The notes: generated from the letters alone by a model not told the origin. Positions 9,489-19,429 are shown, numbered from the stretch's first letter. The stretch is 64,000 nt of DNA from an uncultured Elusimicrobia bacterium (GCA_903880015.1 CAIRNS010000002.1:16330-80329); one strand, 5' to 3'. Numbers and translations: made by a program.

Positions 9489-10226
9489 ATGCTCAAACGC
9501 ATTAAAGAAGATATTGCCACCATTTTCCACCGGGATCCGGCCGCCAAGTCGTTGGCGGAAGTCATTATTTGCTATCCAGGGCTCCATGCGATACTATTCC
9601 ACCGGGTCGCACATCGGCTCTACCGGCATGGATGGTATCTGGGGGCACGGATCATTTCGCACATCGGACGATTCCTTACCGGTATCGAGATCCATCCCGG
9701 CGCAGAGATTGGACGCCGGTTCTTTATCGACCACGGCATGGGGGTCGTTATCGGTGAGACCACCGAGATTGGCGACGATGTTACCCTCTACAAAGGCGTA
9801 CTACTCGGCGGGACATCCCTTGAAAAGAAAAAACGCCATCCGACCGTTGGTAACGGGGTGGTGATCGGTTCCGACGCCATTGTCCTCGGCGCCATCACGC
9901 TGGGCGAGAATTCTCGCGTCGGTGCGGGTTCCGTCGTTGTTCACGATGTTCCTGCCGGGGCCACCGCCATCGGCGTTCCGGCACGCATCGGCTTAGGGTT
10001 TACCTCATCGGACATCGAACAGCTCGAGCACGGGAAATTACCCGACCCAATCGCTGAGGCGATAAAATTTGTGCTTAAGCAACAGGAAGAGCTTGAGGAA
10101 CGCATCGCTTCCCTTGAGATAAAAGAAGGAATCCCGACAACGGTTGACCATATGCTCTCAAAGAAAAAAGATGAAATAAAAAAAGAGTTTGAAGACGGCT
10201 CAACCTATATAGAATATTATCTTTGA
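9489..10226 (+). CDS. cysE: Serine O-acetyltransferase with a C-terminal coiled-coil extension
   Basis: FHRDPAAKS...[14 protein letters not shown]...[31 protein letters not shown], followed by hexapeptide repeats. Confidence 0.9.
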   Translation: MLKRIKEDIATIFHRDPAAKSLAEVIICYPGLHAILFHRVAHRLYRHGWYLGARIISHIGRFLTGIEIHPGAEIGRRFFIDHGMGVVIGETTEIGDDVTLYKGVLLGGTSLEKKKRHPTVGNGVVIGSDAIVLGAITLGENSRVGAGSVVVHDVPAGATAIGVPARIGLGFTSSDIEQLEHGKLPDPIAEAIKFVLKQQEELEERIASLEIKEGIPTTVDHMLSKKKDEIKKEFEDGSTYIEYYL

Positions 10227-10243
10227 ACCCGGATATTGTTTTC

Positions 10244-10279
10244 AAACCACGTGGTGGCGCTAACTTTGTGGTTTTTTTG
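10244..10279 (+). terminator. Rho-independent terminator after cysE
   Basis: AAACCAC-17 nt-GTGGTTT followed by TTTTGTTT. Confidence 0.5.
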
Positions 10280-10325
10280 TTTCAGTGATTTTCTTGGGCA
10301 GAGACGCATAAGGAACAAAGGATGA

Positions 10326-10353
10326 GCGGGCGGACGCCAGGCCCGCCCCTACA
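10326..10353. repeat. Solo arm of the family-3 GC-rich repeat
   Basis: GCGGGCGGACGCCAGGCCCGCCCCTACA closely matches the right arm of the inverted repeat at 59163-59188. Confidence 0.7.
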
Positions 10354-10400
10354 CAGTACAGAACAAGCAAATATATAGAATCAATAATGAGGGATAGACA

Positions 10401-13400
10401 ATGACATTTATGACGGGGTTGAAGAACACACTGGGGAAGAAATTCGGCGTGCAGATGTTGATGGGGGCGATTTTTTTATCGGCACTGCTTATGGTTGCGG
10501 CGGGGAATGTTTGTGCCGAAGCTACGAAAAGAGTGTTGATACTTTACGATCAGGGGGCGGATAAGCGTGAGCCCGCTCTGACGGATGCTAAGTATCTCTC
10601 AAACCTGATGGGGCATTTCAACGCTACCGTGCGTTTGGCTCCGGTCGCCGCATATCAGCCGGGGACAATGGACCGCAACGACATTGTTTTTTATATTAAC
10701 TACGACAAGAAATTTACTTTGCCTACGGCGTTTAAAACGGATTTTTATCGATACAATAAGACCTTTTGCTGGTTAAATCATCACATCGCGCAGCTGGATC
10801 AGGAGTTCCTTAAAAAAACCTACGGATTCCATTATCAGGGATACAGCGAGAATCAGAAGTTCAATACTATTGACTACAAAAATGTCATCTTCCCGAAAGG
10901 CGATGACAATATCGAAATAGTGACCATAGACAATCCCGCTGTCGCCACAGTTATCTCTCACGCGTACGACCGAACCGGCAGGAAAATACCGTACATCGTG
11001 CATGCGAATAATTTCTGGTTCGTAGCTGATTCTCCCTTTTCTTATGCGACGGAACGCGACCGCTATATTGCCTTTGCCGATGTTCTGCATGATATTTTAA
11101 AGGAAGACCATCCGTCTCGCCATACGGCGCTCATCAGGATCGAGGACATCAGCCCCACCAGCGACGCCGATGCCGTTCGCCGCGTGGTGAACTACCTGCA
11201 CGGACAAAACATACCCTTTGCTATCGGCGTTGTTCCGCTATATATCGACCCCGCAGAGCGCACTGAACTTCATTTGTCCGATAATCCCAAACTGCTGGCG
11301 CTGTTGCGCGACATCCCGAAACACGGCGGGACCATTGTTCTCCACGGATATACTCATCAATATCACGGAAATTCCACGGACGACTATGAGTTTTGGGATG
11401 ACATCGCCGACAAACCGATTCGCGGGGATTCTGTTGAAAATGCATCTTTGCGCATCGAGAAATCCATTAAAGAATGTCTCGACAACAATCTGACACCACT
11501 GGCCTGGGAAACGCCGCACTATTTCGCTTCGCGCAACACCTATCTTGCCATCAAACAACATTTTAGCTGTGTCTTTGAGCGTTCGGGCACCATGGACCAC
11601 CTGGGCACTGACCAGTTTTTCCCCTATGAAGTGCATAATTTTTACGGCCAATTTGTCATCCCCGAGAATTGCGGATATGTGCCTATCGAAAAACCGGACG
11701 CTCAGCCAATCATCGACGCAGCGCGGCTCAATTTAACCGTGCGAGACGGGTACGCCAGCTTCTTCTTTCATCCGTTCATTGACCTGTCGTATCTCAAGAA
11801 AATCGTCACTTCGATTAAGGCAATGGGCTATGAATTTCGCGATATCAAAGACTTTTCTCCCCAGATGACCGCTCCTGACGCTGCCGTTATTTGCGGAAAC
11901 GCGAAAGTACTCATTACCACGCGGGACCGGTATATTTTCCAGCGCGAATATGATCGGACCGGCAAAGAAATAAAAGAAGATATTTTACAAAGCACCGGCA
12001 AACCGGTGACTATCAATGTCACCGCGCCGCAGGGTAACTTCTCTGTTATTAAACCTGCAGAAACGCTGGAACCGGGATTGATTGCCAGGGTCTGGCGATT
12101 CGCTAAAAAAGATTTTAATTTTTTCCGCTTTCTGCGTACCCCTAAACCGGGCGGGAAACTCAGCGAAATCAAAGATGTTGCTTTTATCGTCCCAACCGTA
12201 TACCCGCAGGATGTTGCTGATGCGCACGATTTGCAGTCATTCCGATTTTCCCTGTCCGTGGCCGGCATAAAGTTCAAAGACATAAAATCCGCGGATATTG
12301 CAGGCATGGACCTGCGGGATTACGATATTATTGTCGTACCGCTTGCTTCGGCGAAAACACTTTCACCCGACGCCATTGCCCACATTAAAGAAGCGGTTGG
12401 TTCGGGTGCGGGGCTGGTATTTGACGGCGCCAGCAAGATCAACGACGCCTTTGACATAAAAAACGCGGAAGACCCCATCAAAGTAAAACAAATACGCGAT
12501 TTCCAATTCCCGGATATTCCATTGTTTTGGCCGGCGCCGGTCGATGTATGGCCGGTCTATAAATCATCGGATAACGACTACCGCATTTTAGCCGTCGAAG
12601 ATTCATCGAATGCGACGCTGGTCATCAGCGGTAAATACGGCAACGGAACATTTTTATATTTTTCAACCTATTTTGACCCTTTGACCGACCGCGGATATAC
12701 GCGGTTTCCCTTTTTGATTGAAACGCTTGAAACCGTGTTCGATTATCAGTCGCTGACCGCGCGCAAAACCGTTGAAATGTATTTTGACCCGGGCATGCGG
12801 CAGTATATCAGCATCGAAAAACTCGCTAAACTCTGGCGGAAATACGGCATCAACAAGATTTATGCAGGCGGGTGGCATTTTTGGAACAAGTACACCTACG
12901 ACTATGCCCGTCTTATCAAGGTGTGCCATGAGAACGGCATTCTTGTCTATTGCTGGCTTGAACCTCCCATGGTCAACCAGAAATTCTGGAATCAACATCC
13001 TGAATGGCGTGAAAAGACAGCACAGCTCAAAGAGGGCAGTGGATCATGGCGACTGCTCATGAACCTCGCTGATCCTGCGTGCCGGGCAAAAGCATTTGAA
13101 GAGACAGATGATCTACTCTCTAAATACGATTGGGATGGCGTCAATGTCGCCGAACTTTATTTTGAATCAATGAGCGGTCCGGAACGACCCGACCTCTTCA
13201 CACCCATGAATAACACTGTGCGATCGGAATTTAAACAAAAATCCGGATTCGACCCCATAGAACTTTTCAGAGCGGAGAGCCCATACTATTGGAAAACAAA
13301 TGCTGCTGCATGGAATAAGTTTGCCATTTACCGCCGCGACCTGTGCACCGCGCTTAAGGTTTACTATCTTGACATGCTCGCGAAAGTGCAGAAAAAGAAA

Positions 13401-14396
13401 GGATCGTTTGAAGTCATTGTCACGGTAATCGACACCACTCTGGCGCCGGAATTCGAGTTATTCCTGGCTGAGGACATGGAGCGCATCCTGCAACTGCAAA
13501 AAAAATATGACTTTACGCTTCAGGTAGAAGATGCGTCCCCTTTCTGGACGGGGAAACCGGAACGCTATGCCCAGTTGGGCGACTACTACCAAAAAATCGT
13601 CAAGGATCCGACACGGCTTCAACTTGACTGCAATGTGCTTGATAACCACATAAAAGGCGCTGGCGGGTTGCCGGCTGAAAAACCCGTGGGCGAAGAAATG
13701 CGTCAGATTGCCTACAACATGGCGTTACCGGGGTGCCGTCCTGTCTTTTATTCGGAAGAAACCATCCGTGAATCGGATTTCAAAAACATCAGCACCGTTC
13801 TGGCGCGAGACGCCACTGTTACGAAAATTTCCGATAATCAATGGAGAGTTGTTACGCCGTCCATGATAACGCTGCATGCCGGGAAAAAGAATCTGGTTGT
13901 TTTTCTTGATAACGAACCATGGTACGCGATGGATGGTGATAGTATCATCGTTCCCGGCGGCGACCATACGCTCAGATTTGAACCTGAACCGCGGTATTTC
14001 GACATGAACAGCCTTCATGCGCGTCTTACCTATATTTCCGCCGATCTTACCTGGGCGAACTTTATCTCTAACGCCGTGGAATTCGCCTATCAAGCAGGCC
14101 CGTCGCCGTGCATTATCGTAGTCAATAAACGACCGGCAAAAGTATTTGTTGATGACAAGAAAATTGCTTTCACGGCACTTGAGTCCGACCATGGTTTCGC
14201 GATAAAACTTCCCAGCGGCACGCACAGCGTCCGTTTAGCCATGGGCGGCGGCATTGCGTATCTTATCGAATCATCCGGCGTTGTCATTTTTTCCCTTATC
14301 ATCATATTCGGTTTTTTTGCGAGCATTTTATTCATCGGGCTCTTTGTGTTGATACAGCTTAAAAGAAAATATTATAAAGGAAACACACCCACATGA
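10401..14396 (+). CDS. 1331-aa exported multidomain polysaccharide-modifying protein: DUF2334/deacetylase-like domain, flavodoxin/GATase-like domain, TIM-barrel glycoside-hydrolase-like domain, beta-sandwich, C-terminal TM anchor
   Basis: Signal peptide LSALLMVAAGNVCAEA. IRIEDISPTSD...IPFAIGVVPLY...HGYTHQY...WETPHY resembles DUF2334. WHFWNKYTYDY...LVYCWLEPP...WDGVNVAELYFE resembles GH-like TIM barrels. The terminal hydrophobic helix is followed by KRKYYK. Confidence 0.65.
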   Translation: MTFMTGLKNTLGKKFGVQMLMGAIFLSALLMVAAGNVCAEATKRVLILYDQGADKREPALTDAKYLSNLMGHFNATVRLAPVAAYQPGTMDRNDIVFYINYDKKFTLPTAFKTDFYRYNKTFCWLNHHIAQLDQEFLKKTYGFHYQGYSENQKFNTIDYKNVIFPKGDDNIEIVTIDNPAVATVISHAYDRTGRKIPYIVHANNFWFVADSPFSYATERDRYIAFADVLHDILKEDHPSRHTALIRIEDISPTSDADAVRRVVNYLHGQNIPFAIGVVPLYIDPAERTELHLSDNPKLLALLRDIPKHGGTIVLHGYTHQYHGNSTDDYEFWDDIADKPIRGDSVENASLRIEKSIKECLDNNLTPLAWETPHYFASRNTYLAIKQHFSCVFERSGTMDHLGTDQFFPYEVHNFYGQFVIPENCGYVPIEKPDAQPIIDAARLNLTVRDGYASFFFHPFIDLSYLKKIVTSIKAMGYEFRDIKDFSPQMTAPDAAVICGNAKVLITTRDRYIFQREYDRTGKEIKEDILQSTGKPVTINVTAPQGNFSVIKPAETLEPGLIARVWRFAKKDFNFFRFLRTPKPGGKLSEIKDVAFIVPTVYPQDVADAHDLQSFRFSLSVAGIKFKDIKSADIAGMDLRDYDIIVVPLASAKTLSPDAIAHIKEAVGSGAGLVFDGASKINDAFDIKNAEDPIKVKQIRDFQFPDIPLFWPAPVDVWPVYKSSDNDYRILAVEDSSNATLVISGKYGNGTFLYFSTYFDPLTDRGYTRFPFLIETLETVFDYQSLTARKTVEMYFDPGMRQYISIEKLAKLWRKYGINKIYAGGWHFWNKYTYDYARLIKVCHENGILVYCWLEPPMVNQKFWNQHPEWREKTAQLKEGSGSWRLLMNLADPACRAKAFEETDDLLSKYDWDGVNVAELYFESMSGPERPDLFTPMNNTVRSEFKQKSGFDPIELFRAESPYYWKTNAAAWNKFAIYRRDLCTALKVYYLDMLAKVQKKKGSFEVIVTVIDTTLAPEFELFLAEDMERILQLQKKYDFTLQVEDASPFWTGKPERYAQLGDYYQKIVKDPTRLQLDCNVLDNHIKGAGGLPAEKPVGEEMRQIAYNMALPGCRPVFYSEETIRESDFKNISTVLARDATVTKISDNQWRVVTPSMITLHAGKKNLVVFLDNEPWYAMDGDSIIVPGGDHTLRFEPEPRYFDMNSLHARLTYISADLTWANFISNAVEFAYQAGPSPCIIVVNKRPAKVFVDDKKIAFTALESDHGFAIKLPSGTHSVRLAMGGGIAYLIESSGVVIFSLIIIFGFFASILFIGLFVLIQLKRKYYKGNTPT

Positions 14397-15655
14397 TTAT
14401 CGACATTCTGGTAGAACTGCTGTACATTATCGTCGTAGCGCTTATCTGGGTTATGTTGGTGTATCAGGTTGTTCTGACCGCATCAGGATATCTTTACAGC
14501 CGCCGGAAGCTCAAAGGAAGTGCGATACCTGACGATCAACTGCCGCCGTTAACCATCATTATTCCGGCACGCAACGAAGAGCGGGTCATCGCCGAGACCG
14601 TGGCGTGCATGTTTCGCCTGGATTACCCTCACGACAAGCTTGAAGTGATTATCATCAACGACGGGTCAACCGACAGAACCGGCGCGATCCTTGCAGCAGT
14701 CAACGATCCGCGCTTAAAGGTCATTACTATCCCCTTAGCCGAAAGCGGCCAGGGAAAATCACGGGTACTTAATATCGCCGTCAAACAGGCAGCCGGCGAG
14801 CTGATAGCAATTTATGACGCTGACAACCGCCCCGAGCAAAACGCACTCAAGATACTGGTCAAGGAGCTTCTTGCTGACCGGCAGTTTATCGCAGCTATCG
14901 GCAAGTTCCGGACCATCAACCGCAACACATCCATCATGACTCGTTTTGTCAATATAGAGACCCAGGCGTTTCAGTGGATTATCCAGGCCGGACGCTCGTA
15001 TTTATTTGATATCGCGGTACTCCCCGGAACGAATTTTGTCATATGGAAAAATATCGTACTTGAGGCGGGTGGGTGGGACCACTCCGCGCTGACCGAGGAC
15101 GCGGAACTTTCCGCACGACTCTACCAGGCGGGACACGAGATTAAATTTGTCCCGCAGGCGGCCACCTGGGAGCAAGAGCCCGACACCGTGCGGGTGTGGC
15201 TTAAGCAACGCACCCGCTGGGTACGGGGAAACAATTATTTGCTGGTCAAATTATTGAAAGAATTTGGCAATTTCAAGAATAAAGCGATTGGCATTGAATT
15301 TCTTGCGTTCTCGATGATGTACTACCTTTTTTTTATTGCCATGCTGTTATCGAACATCTTTTTTGCGCTGGGCCTGCTTAATATCGTCACCATTCGTATT
15401 CAGGGGCCTTTTTTGGAACTCTGGATTGCCGCGTTTCTTCTGTTCGTCAGCGAGATCGTTCTCATGCTTTCACGAGAGCCAAACGAGGACAGCGCCAGCA
15501 ATATTTTTTATGTGATGGCAATGTATTTCACCTACTGTCAGCTCTGGCTGATTGTCGTCGTATCGGCATTCATCAAGGACTTCATAAAAAAAGAAAAGGC
15601 CGTCTGGTATAAAACCGAACGGACCGCAGAAATAAAATCAGCAGAAAATAAATAA
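14393..15655 (+). CDS. Processive family-2 glycosyltransferase (PgaC/IcaA/NodC/cellulose-synthase-like polysaccharide synthase)
   Basis: 420-aa ORF with IIIPARNEE, INDGSTD, YDADN, TEDAELS and QRTRWVRG (QxxRW), with TM helices on both sides. ATGA start/stop overlap with the upstream gene. Confidence 0.85.
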   Translation: MIIDILVELLYIIVVALIWVMLVYQVVLTASGYLYSRRKLKGSAIPDDQLPPLTIIIPARNEERVIAETVACMFRLDYPHDKLEVIIINDGSTDRTGAILAAVNDPRLKVITIPLAESGQGKSRVLNIAVKQAAGELIAIYDADNRPEQNALKILVKELLADRQFIAAIGKFRTINRNTSIMTRFVNIETQAFQWIIQAGRSYLFDIAVLPGTNFVIWKNIVLEAGGWDHSALTEDAELSARLYQAGHEIKFVPQAATWEQEPDTVRVWLKQRTRWVRGNNYLLVKLLKEFGNFKNKAIGIEFLAFSMMYYLFFIAMLLSNIFFALGLLNIVTIRIQGPFLELWIAAFLLFVSEIVLMLSREPNEDSASNIFYVMAMYFTYCQLWLIVVVSAFIKDFIKKEKAVWYKTERTAEIKSAENK

Positions 15656-15767
15656 TTGTCCCGTTGGCAGCAGTCATAACCGAAAGCGTACCAGGAACAT
15701 GATACCTGTCTAAATGATAGATACCATCACCCGATAAGAAAAGTACCGGGTGAAGAAACATAATTAT

Positions 15768-16046
15768 TTAACGATGGAATGAATTTTTGTTGATGTGCCT
15801 GAAGTGAACGAATACCCTGCCAACATTTTTGTCCTCTTTTTCCAGCCGGTTGTAAAGAACCTTAATCTGCGGACGCGCAAGAAACCTCAGTACACGCTTT
15901 TTTAACTGACCGCTGCCTGTACCGAAAATTATTTCTACCAGGGGAATTCTTTTCTCCACCGCTTCTGCGATAACCCGCGTGAGCGCTTCCTCAATTTCCC
16001 GGTCCTTATCGAATATCTCGTGCAAATCCAATTTTAATTTCGCCAT
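15768..16046 (-). CDS. Stand-alone Smr-domain protein
   Basis: 92-aa ORF with LDLHE (LDLHG-like) and IIFGTGSGQLKKRV (the HGxG-type Smr motif). Confidence 0.7.
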   Translation of the reverse strand: MAKLKLDLHEIFDKDREIEEALTRVIAEAVEKRIPLVEIIFGTGSGQLKKRVLRFLARPQIKVLYNRLEKEDKNVGRVFVHFRHINKNSFHR

Positions 16047-16050
16047 GGGT

Positions 16051-17556
16051 TCATAGTTCCTTCATCAGTGCTCTTGAGCGCGCGATAATGCCGTCCATTT
16101 CAACGCTTTCGCCTTTTCCCACTTTTATCAGATAGGCGGCGATACTCAGATTGCCCCTCAATGTAAAAAAAGGTACCTGCCGATTGAACGCAGAATCTTT
16201 ATGCTCGACATGTTTCAGGTATGCGTCAAGAAAGAGATCCTCGGAGTACTCACGCAGGACATCCGGACGGGCTGAGAACTGCCCGGCAAATTGCGCCAAG
16301 AAATAGCCGACATCAAATGCAGGCGAAAAAGTGATCTCGCTGTTAAAATCGATTACCGATATAAACTGCGTGTCTGGGTCGTGCATCAGGTCCTGCCCGA
16401 TGATGATGTTTTTTGGATGATAATCACCGTGACACTGCACAAAATGCCCGTGTGGCCCGCCTATAATCGCGCGTTCGAACTCTTCGACAGTTTTGATTAT
16501 CCGCGCCACGGTTTCGCGGTGAGGATTATTGGTAGTCGTAAAGGCCTGCCCATAGGAAGTAAAACGGTGTGCCTCTTTTTTAAGTAATTCTGCATCAGTG
16601 CGGGCGCCGGCGGGTCGGGTATGCAATCGCGCAAGCCATTGACCGGCGAGGGACAGGTACGCGGCGCCTGTCTTCGGGGTGACCGCCAAAAGCAAGTCGT
16701 AAAGATTTTTTCCCCGCTGCCCTTCTTCGATAAGGAGTTGTTCGGCATCATTGATTTCAATGAGACGAGGGACACGGAACCGCCCGGCGGCAAATCCGTG
16801 TGCACACAACGATTCAGTCAGACGGGCCGATTCTTTTGTTTTTTTCCATTTTTTATCGTCGTTTATTTCTTTGATGATGATGCGGTGGCGTTGTTCGTCT
16901 TCACCTTTGGTCCCGATTGTTATCTCGGTCACCAGCAGACCGCTGCCGGACTTGGGGATTTCTTTTATGAACGGCCGGCACCGGCGGTTCTTGATTTCTG
17001 CGGCAAGGTCCATAACGCTCATGGGATTATGATCAAACAAAGTAGGGAAAATACCGGCATTCGCCGCCGAATGCGTATCGCTGCCGCTGACCGCAGTAAA
17101 TTTATGAATGTGCCAATCCCGTAACCCGATATAGTTTTCCCGCATGGTATGATTGAGCGAAAACACCTCAATACCGTCGAACAGAGGGTTGAGCAGACCA
17201 CCGGCGGTAGGCATGTGTCCCTTGCGATACGGATGCGCCCAGACAAGGGCAGCCGACGGATACGCTGCGCGCAAATCGGCAATTCTGATAAAATCTTTGA
17301 TGGATTTATGCGCGCCGTATACCAGCACATGGCCGAGATCCGTTTCCACTTCCTGTGCGGCGAAAATACGGAAGTGAGACCCCACTTCCGCCTCAGCGCG
17401 CAGGCGGGCAATCTCCTCATCACTCCAGAGATAATGATGTTCGGTGATGACAATGCCCTGTATGCCCTTGGCAACAACACGTTTGACCAGCGTCACCGGG
17501 TCAATAGTACTGCATCGGGAATAACGGTCCGTATGGGTATGCAGTTCCAAAAGCAT
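16051..17556 (-). CDS. Fusion protein: N-terminal PHP phosphoesterase domain plus C-terminal APH/choline-kinase-like phosphotransferase domain
   Basis: LELHTHTDRYSRCS...VITEHH...GSDTH are PHP metal ligands. HGDYHPKNIIIG and ISVIDFN are the Brenner/APH catalytic and DFG-like motifs. Confidence 0.7.
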   Translation of the reverse strand: MLLELHTHTDRYSRCSTIDPVTLVKRVVAKGIQGIVITEHHYLWSDEEIARLRAEAEVGSHFRIFAAQEVETDLGHVLVYGAHKSIKDFIRIADLRAAYPSAALVWAHPYRKGHMPTAGGLLNPLFDGIEVFSLNHTMRENYIGLRDWHIHKFTAVSGSDTHSAANAGIFPTLFDHNPMSVMDLAAEIKNRRCRPFIKEIPKSGSGLLVTEITIGTKGEDEQRHRIIIKEINDDKKWKKTKESARLTESLCAHGFAAGRFRVPRLIEINDAEQLLIEEGQRGKNLYDLLLAVTPKTGAAYLSLAGQWLARLHTRPAGARTDAELLKKEAHRFTSYGQAFTTTNNPHRETVARIIKTVEEFERAIIGGPHGHFVQCHGDYHPKNIIIGQDLMHDPDTQFISVIDFNSEITFSPAFDVGYFLAQFAGQFSARPDVLREYSEDLFLDAYLKHVEHKDSAFNRQVPFFTLRGNLSIAAYLIKVGKGESVEMDGIIARSRALMKEL

Positions 17557-17602
17557 ATTCAGCCCCTCACATTGATACGCATGAAACTATGGATTCTTTT
17601 TG

Positions 17603-17632
17603 ATTGTATCACTTTAGGCAATGATGTGTAAA
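17603..17632 (-). promoter_or_regulatory. Possible promoter for the PHP-APH gene
   Basis: Minus strand reads TTTACA-N18-TACAAT. GAGGGG lies 6 nt before the ATG at 17556. Confidence 0.3.
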
Positions 17633-17659
17633 CTCAACGGCAGGTATTCAAATAACCCC

Positions 17660-19393
17660 TTACAAAGATTTTTTGCGGGAGGATGAGACAATATCCGCAT
17701 GGCGATTCTGGCAGTGAATGTCGCACCAGTCACTGATGCCGTGGAGAATTTTCTTCCGGTATATTTGCATAAATGAACTGTTCCAGAGTTCGAGAAGAGA
17801 TTGTTCTTTGAAATTGACGGGGAGAGACCGACAAAAACACTCCATGGAAATAGCGTCCGGAGATAGGGATATGCGCTTCCATGGCATGACACAGAAAGGA
17901 CTTTTCAGCGAAGTCTGTTTGCCGGCCGCGACATGCATCGCCGGAAGAGTGGGCGCCGATTTCCGCTCAAAGACCGCATCACAGCCGAGATTGAACTGTG
18001 CCCGGACGGTGATACCGTCCTTCTTCGCGTCGGCAATGACAGCGTGGCAGATGGCTGCCACATGCTTTGAATCCTTCTCAGTCAGATTTTCCTTTGCATT
18101 GCCTGCGCCTTCACGCAAGAGAAGATTCATGTCCCGAAAGCCATGCTTGCGGGCAAATTGATATGTTTTTTCTATTTCGCGATAATTATCTTTCATGACC
18201 ACAAAATTGAGCGTGAGGGAAGTGTCACTCTTGTTCTTTTCTCGATAGCGATTGACCAGCGCAATACTTTTCAGGAGGTCCGCAAATTTTCCATTTTTTC
18301 GTATTTCTTCATATTTCTTTTTCCTAACACTGTCGATGGAAAAACAAAGGTCAACATGGTGCGCGGTCAATTTGTCTGCCCATGCAGAGTCAATCAAAAG
18401 ACCATTGGTCGTCACAACCTGCCGCAGATTGCGATGTTTTCCCGCTTCCTCAATTAATCGAGGAAAATGCGGTGAAAGGAAAACCTCCCCCCCCAACCAC
18501 ACCACGCGTTCAAGAGACGGGAATAAACTGATTATCTCCCGGATGGTTTTGTTGGAAAGATCCCGCTTTTTTCCGCGCCACACACTACACATGCGGCATT
18601 GCAAGTTGCAGCGATTGGTGAGCGTCACCCACAAATGCCATGGCTTTGATGCAAGCGTTGTTTTTCCCGAAGCAATCTCAATTTCATTGAGCGCACTATT
18701 TTTTAAATACGGATCGCTGTATGCGAACTCTTTATTGATTGCTCCTTTGAGCCGCCGAATGATCGGGGAATGCCCCCCGCATTGTAAAGATTTTTGACGC
18801 ACCCGGCGCGTTGTCTCAATAATGTTCAGATACCGGGCGCGATCCCTCTGCTCGTTGCAGGTCGCGGCGCTAAATCCTTGTTTGAGCGCACGATTGAACC
18901 ATTCCTCTGCCCGCACAAACATATTGTTTTTTATACAAATCATGCCAAGAAAATAGCAGACAGCGCCGTTTTGTGGCTCCAGCATTAAAGCCTTCTGCAG
19001 ATGTTTTTTTGCGAGATTGCATTGATCCTTCCGATACCATATCTCACCCAATTCCCGGTGCGCCGCAGCGGACAATTTTTTGATTTTTGTCATGCGCGTG
19101 AACAAAGACAGGGCCTGAGCGTATTCACCGCGCGCCTTGTGTACTAACCCTATTTTAAACAACGCCCAATGATCTTCGGGGCACAGAGACCATGCCTTTA
19201 CGAGACACTCCTGCGCGCGATCATACATGCCCCGCAATAAATAGATCTCTCCTAATTCACGGTACGAGGCATTGCCCCCGACTCCCTGAGCGAGAGCTTT
19301 TTCAAGAACCGCCGTTGCGCGGACATTGTCGCCGGCCTGTTTGTGTTTCTGGCTTGCCAAAAGCGACTGACATTCATCAGTGTATCGTTGCAT
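17660..19393 (-). CDS. TPR-repeat / radical SAM / SPASM-like domain protein
   Basis: 577-aa ORF. The first ~190 aa are TPR repeats. The radical SAM box is TNRCNLQCRMCSVW, and a C-terminal Cys-rich auxiliary-cluster region follows (CVMPW...CFC...WCDIHC). Confidence 0.75.
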   Translation of the reverse strand: MQRYTDECQSLLASQKHKQAGDNVRATAVLEKALAQGVGGNASYRELGEIYLLRGMYDRAQECLVKAWSLCPEDHWALFKIGLVHKARGEYAQALSLFTRMTKIKKLSAAAHRELGEIWYRKDQCNLAKKHLQKALMLEPQNGAVCYFLGMICIKNNMFVRAEEWFNRALKQGFSAATCNEQRDRARYLNIIETTRRVRQKSLQCGGHSPIIRRLKGAINKEFAYSDPYLKNSALNEIEIASGKTTLASKPWHLWVTLTNRCNLQCRMCSVWRGKKRDLSNKTIREIISLFPSLERVVWLGGEVFLSPHFPRLIEEAGKHRNLRQVVTTNGLLIDSAWADKLTAHHVDLCFSIDSVRKKKYEEIRKNGKFADLLKSIALVNRYREKNKSDTSLTLNFVVMKDNYREIEKTYQFARKHGFRDMNLLLREGAGNAKENLTEKDSKHVAAICHAVIADAKKDGITVRAQFNLGCDAVFERKSAPTLPAMHVAAGKQTSLKSPFCVMPWKRISLSPDAISMECFCRSLPVNFKEQSLLELWNSSFMQIYRKKILHGISDWCDIHCQNRHADIVSSSRKKSL

Positions 19394-19400
19394 ACCGTTG

Positions 19401-19429
19401 ATTATATCTATTTGTTCTTCTATTCACAA
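19401..19429 (-). promoter_or_regulatory. Promoter placing the TPR-radical SAM start codon at or next to the transcription start (leaderless)
   Basis: Minus strand reads TTGTGA-N17-TATAAT-CAACGGT-ATG. Only 7 nt separate the -10 box from the ATG, and there is no Shine-Dalgarno. Confidence 0.5.
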
